NCBI GenBank assembly: GCA_045544175.1
Contig: JAZPYL010000064.1
Coordinates: forward strand, 57,332 to 121,331
From: Acutalibacteraceae bacterium
GTDB taxonomy: Bacteria; Bacillota; Clostridia; Oscillospirales; Acutalibacteraceae
Length of the DNA stretch: 64,000 nt
Reading direction: 5' to 3'
Position 1 is the first letter of the stretch. Each line of letters starts with the position of its first letter. The position numbers were made by a program, and so were the translations under genes. Below, in pieces: positions 58,831 to 64,000 of the stretch. Under the pieces are notes generated by a model. That model saw nothing but the letters and a program-made list of their open reading frames with translations, did not search any database and was not told the DNA's origin.

Positions 58831-61449
58831 TTATATCTCATCATAAGACAATGCTTTATTGAGCAATCTGACATTTACACCGATAAAAGTATCAGGAACC
58901 TCGCCCTTGAGATTGCAATAAACCGATTGCATACCGGCATTCAGATTTTTATTGAAATAGAGCTTCAGAACACCGTTTCTTTCCCTAACGGCAGTTATTT
59001 GTACAACATCAGTGCAACTTTCAGATGATTTAAGTGTGGAAACACCAACTCTGAATCTTACAAACCCATCATCACCGATATAAATCTCAATTTCATCGCC
59101 TTGCTTAAAGAGATGTTTAGCTTTATCATCAGTTATGTTTATTTCTACAGTGAAATCGCCGCTACCCCTGATTACGCAATCTGAAACTATATTTTTCTCA
59201 TAATAGCTGAACTCAAGTCTTATGTCAGCTTCATTATTCATAACATCCTTTACAGATAAAAGAGTCAGTTCATTTTCTTTATCAAAAAGCTCTTCAAACT
59301 CAATTACAGCTGTCATATAATCTTCAAGAAGGTTTATATTTTTTATTCTGTTTTCATTGCAGATAACTGACGAAATATCAACTGTCTGATTAAACTGCAC
59401 CTCAATTATTCTATCACTGACAGCTTTTACATATTCTGCTTTCAGCTCTTTCTTTCTTTTACCGAAATGCAGTATTCTGCTTTCATAAGGAGAGAGCCTG
59501 AGAGTTATTGTATCACCGTAAGAATAAGCTCCCTGACTGCCGCCGACAGTGTAAGGTAAAACCGTAAAAAGCTCACCAAAAGCAAAATCCTTGCTGACAC
59601 CGATAAGCTCATCAAGCCTCAATGTAAAGCTCTGTTCATTATCTGAGCTGTTTCTCACGGAAACAATTCCCTCGTGATCAGAAAAACAGCTGTACCCGTA
59701 TACCTTTGCCTGAGATGGTCTGCCGCCGAAGATAACGGAATTTGAAAGTACATCAATATTTTCCTCTATAAAACGCATACAGCTATAGTTTATACGCCAC
59801 TTGGCTTCATTCATCATATTGTAGCTGTAGTAAAGCTCCCAGAACTGTGTACCTCTTGTAGCCATCATAAACAGATAATCCCGGAACTCATTATCGGTCA
59901 TTGAAATCTTTGCTTCATTGCCGTAAATCGGCTCGTGATTATAGATGGCTCTCTGCGGGAACTGGAACTGACGGACCTTATAAAAGTCAAGATAAATCTC
60001 ATCACGGTAGCTGAGCATTCTGTCCTTATCAGATACACTGCCCTTTTTACCGATAAAGCCTATGTCTTCGCTGATCTGCAGCCACATACTGTTCACCCAC
60101 TGTAAAAACCAAGGAGACGGCCAGGCATAGCAGGTAAGATTAATCCAGAAATCACTGCCGCTGTTAAGGCTCAGCTTTTCAAAAGCCTTAATCCACTTTT
60201 CCCATACATCGCTATAGAAATACATATTTTTATAACCGCCTGTAAGGTGACCGTGATGTTTATTTTTGCAGGGCTTTCTGGCAAATCCGTCAAGCTTGAA
60301 ATAATTAATATCAAAACGTTTTTCGCAATCGACAAGAAAATCAGTTGTTTTATTTACATACTTTTCACTGCCGACACAGATATCAAGGGATTTTCTGTTT
60401 ACATAACCGTTACCGCCGGACTCAATTTTACGGGCAAATTTTATTGTATCCGAAGTATATCCGCCCCTCGGACCTAACCATAAACCGAATCGGGAGCCGA
60501 ATGACTCAGACAGTTTTTTCATCGGGTAAAGTTCATTGGGAAACTTACCGTTAAATGTCCAGAATGACTTTGAATAATCATTCCATCCGTCATCCATGAC
60601 ATAGGAATCAAGCGGCGGTTCACCTGTCGCTGTAAATTGCTTTTCCACCTCAAGAAAAGATTCAGTGATATTTTTTTCTGAAATATTAAGCATATGGTCA
60701 AACCATGAATTATACTGTCTTCTCAGATAGACAGGCTTTGAAATATCTTTTATGTACTCATAAAAAGACTTCTGAACCTGCTCATAAATATCACTCTCTG
60801 CACCACCGAGGACGCTTTTCGGTGACAAATATTTGTCGGAACCGATGATTTCGTGTAAGCTTTTGCCACTATAATATTTAACATTTGCCTTATAGTCAAT
60901 GATATTGTTTATTGCAGCAGGAAACTCACAACCCATGTAAAACGAATCAACATATACAGGCTGACCGAGAGATAAAGCAAAACCCGAAATAATTGAATCC
61001 TTCTGTTCAGGAATGGACCAATACTTGCTTTTTTCATCAATAATAAGATGCTCGAATTTAATATAATCAAGCTTAATTTCTTTCTTTCCTCTCTTTTCAA
61101 AAGAAAACTCAAGATGCTTTCTCATATAACAGCGAAAGTCGTTAAGTGTATATACAAGGCTGATTATTATCCTGCTGTCTCTTACCTTAACAGATTTAAA
61201 GTTAATTCTGTATTCCTTGCCACCGTCCGTTTCACAGCAGTGACAGTCAGAGATTTTAAGCTGAGAAGCAGACACAGTCATCGAGCCGAAGCCAACTTTG
61301 AAGTTAATTATAAACTCCTCTGAATTTTCGCCCGCAGATAATTGAATTCCGCTAAGGTTATTAGTAACTACACAGCCGTTAATTCTGCCCGATTTAATCT
61401 GTAGCTCCTTTTTTATATGAGGATTTTCAATAACAATATTGCTGTTCAT
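58831..61449 (-). CDS. Large glycoside hydrolase, alpha-galactosidase-like (clan GH-D TIM barrel, GH36/GH27-like) with extra C-terminal beta domains
   Basis: 872 aa. YVMDDGWNDY...FGLWLGP and NYFKLDGF resemble the DDGW and K(W/L)D nucleophile motifs of clan GH-D. Family not certain. Confidence 0.5.
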   Translation of the reverse strand: MNSNIVIENPHIKKELQIKSGRINGCVVTNNLSGIQLSAGENSEEFIINFKVGFGSMTVSASQLKISDCHCCETDGGKEYRINFKSVKVRDSRIIISLVYTLNDFRCYMRKHLEFSFEKRGKKEIKLDYIKFEHLIIDEKSKYWSIPEQKDSIISGFALSLGQPVYVDSFYMGCEFPAAINNIIDYKANVKYYSGKSLHEIIGSDKYLSPKSVLGGAESDIYEQVQKSFYEYIKDISKPVYLRRQYNSWFDHMLNISEKNITESFLEVEKQFTATGEPPLDSYVMDDGWNDYSKSFWTFNGKFPNELYPMKKLSESFGSRFGLWLGPRGGYTSDTIKFARKIESGGNGYVNRKSLDICVGSEKYVNKTTDFLVDCEKRFDINYFKLDGFARKPCKNKHHGHLTGGYKNMYFYSDVWEKWIKAFEKLSLNSGSDFWINLTCYAWPSPWFLQWVNSMWLQISEDIGFIGKKGSVSDKDRMLSYRDEIYLDFYKVRQFQFPQRAIYNHEPIYGNEAKISMTDNEFRDYLFMMATRGTQFWELYYSYNMMNEAKWRINYSCMRFIEENIDVLSNSVIFGGRPSQAKVYGYSCFSDHEGIVSVRNSSDNEQSFTLRLDELIGVSKDFAFGELFTVLPYTVGGSQGAYSYGDTITLRLSPYESRILHFGKRKKELKAEYVKAVSDRIIEVQFNQTVDISSVICNENRIKNINLLEDYMTAVIEFEELFDKENELTLLSVKDVMNNEADIRLEFSYYEKNIVSDCVIRGSGDFTVEINITDDKAKHLFKQGDEIEIYIGDDGFVRFRVGVSTLKSSESCTDVVQITAVRERNGVLKLYFNKNLNAGMQSVYCNLKGEVPDTFIGVNVRLLNKALSYDEI

Positions 61450-61471
61450 TTTAACAATCCTTTATATCAGT

Positions 61472-62398
61472 TCAGATATTTGCATTAACCCAGGAAATAA
61501 CATCCTTACATACTGTATCAAAGCAAGCGCTTTCATTAAGAATTTCGTGTCTTGCATCAGGGTAAAGTATTCTCTCGACATTATTCTTCCCTGCGTCAGT
61601 AAGCATTTTATATACCTTTTCAATACCCTTACTGTATTCGCCGACGGGGTCCATTGCACCTGAAATAATAAGTACGGGAAGTTCTTTTGAAAGACCTTCA
61701 AACCATTCTTTTGAAGAAACATAATTTAAAATTGAGAAAAGATCGCCGTAACCGCAGGCAGTAAAAAGGAATCCGCATAAATCATCAGCTATGTACTTAT
61801 CAACCTGTTCGTTGTCTCTTGAAAGCCAGTCGAAAGCGGTTCTTCCTTCAAATTTGCTGTTATATGCACCAAAGCCTGTTTTGTCAATAAGCTTACTTCT
61901 GTAATGTGTGCCTTTAAGCTTGGCAATAATTTTGGTAAGAGCAATACCTGCTCCCGCGGCGGGATTGGGGCCTGATGTACCGCAGTAAACTGCAGCTGCG
62001 ATTTCATCTGCATACTTAAAGCTGTATGCTCTTGCAACAAAGGACCCCATTGAGTGACCGAAGAAAACAACAGGCTTATCGGGGTTTTCTTCCTTTATAA
62101 TCTTTGTGAGCTCATGACAGTCCTCAACAAAAACCTTCCAGCCATCCTTTTCGCCAAAGAAACCAAGCTCACTTTCAGAACTAATGCTCTGACCGTGACC
62201 GATATGGTCGTTGATATAGAAAGCAAAGCCTGCCTTGCAAAGCTCTTGAGCAAATGGCTCATATCTTTCAAGATGCTCCGCCATACCGTGAGCTGCCTGA
62301 ATTACTGCTTTGATTTCGCCGTTTTCAGGATAATATGAGGCGGCGTGAATATCGGCAAGACCGGAAACCGATGGGAAAGTAAATTCTTTTTTAATCAT
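61472..62398 (-). CDS. Alpha/beta hydrolase (lysophospholipase / monoacylglycerol-lipase-like esterase)
   Basis: Nucleophile elbow GHSMGS with late D and H. Start set to ATG 62398 (MIKKEF), 7 nt after AAGGAGG. Confidence 0.75.
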   Translation of the reverse strand: MIKKEFTFPSVSGLADIHAASYYPENGEIKAVIQAAHGMAEHLERYEPFAQELCKAGFAFYINDHIGHGQSISSESELGFFGEKDGWKVFVEDCHELTKIIKEENPDKPVVFFGHSMGSFVARAYSFKYADEIAAAVYCGTSGPNPAAGAGIALTKIIAKLKGTHYRSKLIDKTGFGAYNSKFEGRTAFDWLSRDNEQVDKYIADDLCGFLFTACGYGDLFSILNYVSSKEWFEGLSKELPVLIISGAMDPVGEYSKGIEKVYKMLTDAGKNNVERILYPDARHEILNESACFDTVCKDVISWVNANI

Positions 62399-62582
62399 AT
62401 TTGTTCCTCCTTGGTAATACATTTTAAGTAATTATAACATAAGAAAATTTCAATTTCATTTATTTTTATAAATAATCCTTGTAGCATATTCAACAAAAAA
62501 CAGAAGTTTTTTTTGACAAAATTAAAATCTAACAAAAAAATCAATCAAAGTCCGTTTAATAGGACTCAAAAATTAAATTTAT

Positions 62583-62596
62583 CGAACATTTGTCTT
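62583..62596 (+). promoter_or_regulatory. Degenerate second LexA-like box overlapping the -35
   Basis: CGAACatttGTCT has a perfect left half and a 3/4 right half. Confidence 0.35.
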
Positions 62597-62622
62597 GACA
62601 TTTCGACAAATTGTGCTATAAT
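62595..62622 (+). promoter_or_regulatory. Sigma-A type promoter (extended -10) of the 83-aa ORF
   Basis: TTGACA (62595-62600), 16 nt, TGcTATAAT (62614-62622). Confidence 0.65.
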
Positions 62623-62636
62623 TTAATCAGAAACAA

Positions 62637-62650
62637 AGAACGAATGTTCG
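62637..62650 (+). promoter_or_regulatory. LexA (Cheo/SOS) box between -10 and RBS of the 83-aa ORF
   Basis: aGAACgaatGTTCg is a perfect GAAC-N4-GTTC core. Confidence 0.7.
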
Positions 62651-62668
62651 ATTAAGGAGGACAAATTT

Positions 62669-62920
62669 ATGTTTGATACATTAGGAAGCTTTTCGGTAGT
62701 ATATTTTATTCTTGCAACAATTCTTATTCTTTTAGTAGTTTTTGAGAAACAGTGTCTCAGACTTGAAGCCAAGTTTGATGCAAAGGTAAGAAAAATGAAA
62801 AACGCAAAAATGCAGAAAAACAGAGCAAAGGTTGTTCAGCAGAATAAGCAGAGACAGACACCTGTAAGGACACGACAGAATCCCCGTGCCTACAGAAAGA
62901 CGAGAAACTTTGCAGCATAA
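62669..62920 (+). CDS. 83-aa single-pass membrane protein with polybasic tail, LexA-box controlled (candidate SOS effector)
   Basis: Strong RBS AAGGAGG 8 nt upstream of the ATG. TM SFSVVYFILATILILLVVF. 19 K/R in the last 58 residues. Promoter plus GAAC-N4-GTTC box upstream. Confidence 0.6.
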   Translation: MFDTLGSFSVVYFILATILILLVVFEKQCLRLEAKFDAKVRKMKNAKMQKNRAKVVQQNKQRQTPVRTRQNPRAYRKTRNFAA

Positions 62921-62944
62921 TTTAATCTGCTGATACAATAATAT

Positions 62945-62966
62945 AACTCCCGAAAATTCGGGAGTT
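62945..62966 (+). repeat. First copy of the 22-nt hairpin repeat AACTCCCGAAAATTCGGGAGTT
   Basis: Identical 22-mer recurs at 63213-63234 in the same orientation (loop AAAATT in both). Confidence 0.9.
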
Positions 62967-63212
62967 CAGCTTGTCGAAAAAGCATTTTCGACAAGCTAAC
63001 AGACTGCCGAGAATGTTGCAAGATGCCCTTTTCTTCACTCCGAAGGCGTACACGGGTACTCCGAGAGGGTGAAAAAAGGGCAAATATATGCGAAAATCCG
63101 GGGGAATTCGATATTCCTCCGGATTTTGTTAGCAATATTGTTATTATATCTGCTTTAATTTATATGTATATATATTTCGCATATATGTTCTTGCGACTTT
63201 ATCGACAGTCTG

Positions 63213-63242
63213 AACTCCCGAAAATTCGGGAGTTGTTTTTTT
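63213..63242 (+). terminator. Plus-strand intrinsic terminator (second copy of the AACTCCCG hairpin) followed by T7
   Basis: AACTCCCG-AAAATT-CGGGAGTT (63213-63234), then G + TTTTTTT. Confidence 0.65.
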
Positions 63243-63250
63243 ATATTCCC

Positions 63251-64000
63251 TTACCTGACATCGTCATTGAATGCAACCATATCAAAGTTTACAACTGTAC
63301 AGTAATTCATACTGTCAATCTTATTCAGCTCAGTATCAAGCTTATCTTTAATCTGCTTTTTCTCAGACATAAGATCAGCAGGAAGTGCAATATCAAAAAT
63401 CAGATTTGTATTCTTCTCACCTTTTACAATGCGAAAATCGTGAATTGAAATCCTGTTATCCTGTTCTTTTAGAAGAACAATAACAATATCCTTAAGTCTT
63501 TCAAGCTCAGCATCACCTGTAACAATTGGATCATAATGAATTACAAGGTTTATATTATGTCTGTCAAGACAGATTCTTTCGAGATTGTCAATAAGCTCAT
63601 GACAGTAAAGAGGGTCTGCCTTATGATCCATTTCAACATGAATACTTGCGAATCTCTGTCCCGGACCGTAATCGTGAACCATTAAATCGTGATACCCCAA
63701 AACCTCAGGGTAAATTCCCATAACACTTATAATGTTCTCTTTAAGCTCAGGGCTTGCATTTTCGCCGAGAAGAGGACTGATTGTATCCTTAGCCATCATA
63801 ACACCGCTGTAAAGAATGAACAAGGCAACCGCAAAGCCCATATAGCCGTCAATGCGTATATCGAAAACAAACTCAATTATCCCTGCAAGAAGAACTGCAC
63901 TTGTAGCAACAGCGTCATTTCTGCTGTCAGCTGAGGTGGCAAGAAGAGCCGAGGAATTGATGTCCTTACCTAATTTGCGATTGAAAAGACACAGCCAGAA
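63251..64000 (-). CDS. Cation diffusion facilitator (CDF) family metal efflux transporter; N-terminus beyond window end
   Basis: Hand translation upstream of the track ORF stays open to 64000 (..SSALLATSADSRNDAVATSAVLLAGII..). The C-terminal cytoplasmic domain has HVEMD and LVIHYDP. Confidence 0.8.
   Translation of the reverse strand, partial: FWLCLFNRKLGKDINSSALLATSADSRNDAVATSAVLLAGIIEFVFDIRIDGYMGFAVALFILYSGVMMAKDTISPLLGENASPELKENIISVMGIYPEVLGYHDLMVHDYGPGQRFASIHVEMDHKADPLYCHELIDNLERICLDRHNINLVIHYDPIVTGDAELERLKDIVIVLLKEQDNRISIHDFRIVKGEKNTNLIFDIALPADLMSEKKQIKDKLDTELNKIDSMNYCTVVNFDMVAFNDDVR

Noticed and set aside
62890-63448. ORFs 63023-63448 (+, 141 aa) and 62890-63135 (-, 81 aa) in the hairpin-rich intergenic region
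   Set aside because: They cross multiple perfect hairpins and a terminator. The plus ORF continues antisense into the CDF gene. They have no RBS and implausible composition.
1-64000. CRISPR arrays, tRNA/rRNA genes, IS elements, integrases, prophage or classical defence genes
   Set aside because: Visual scan of all intergenic regions longer than 100 bp found no direct-repeat/spacer arrays, no cloverleaf-like sequences, no transposase, integrase or recombinase ORFs, and no restriction, Abi, CBASS or toxin-type motifs among the ORF translations.

Overview
This 64-kb chromosomal segment comes from a low-GC, endospore-forming Firmicute of class Clostridia. Gene content (spoIVA, dpaAB, sepF/divIVA, split transketolase, a BspA-type LRR surface protein) resembles gut Oscillospiraceae/Ruminococcus-like anaerobes, but the taxon cannot be proven from sequence alone. 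I call about 58 protein genes, densely packed. I saw no rRNA, tRNA, CRISPR array, IS element or prophage.

Layout:
- 1-31 kb: one long minus-strand housekeeping array. It holds the dnaE 5' end, rqcH, nif3/trmK, split transketolase, rluD-lspA-divIVA-sepF-yggS, miaA-mutL-mutS-ricA-like-miaB, whiA, murB, glcK, hprK, a U32 peptidase, mltG and small enzymes.
- 31-52 kb: a double-length ThyX-like gene, dpaAB, murC, a YtrA-type GntR + ABC operon, a topo IV-like parE/parC pair, a LexA-box-controlled Y-family polymerase operon, spoIVA, ruvX and a class A PBP.
- 52-64 kb: looks more accessory. It holds a 1282-aa LRR/Cys-module surface protein, a GPH symporter with a Zn-ribbon membrane protein, a clan GH-D-like glycosidase plus an esterase, a LexA-box-controlled 83-aa membrane protein, a hairpin-dense 330-bp intergenic region and a CDF transporter.

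No classical defence or mobile island is visible. The best candidates for undescribed biology are:
1. the SOS-box-controlled polybasic small membrane protein and the structured region downstream of it;
2. a nested inverted-repeat architecture overlapping the last 11 codons of the giant surface-protein gene;
3. the tandem, complementarily degenerate ThyX fusion;
4. the polymerase + 81-aa partner SOS operon;
5. the YtrA/ABC operon with two perfect palindromic operators and an unknown exported protein.
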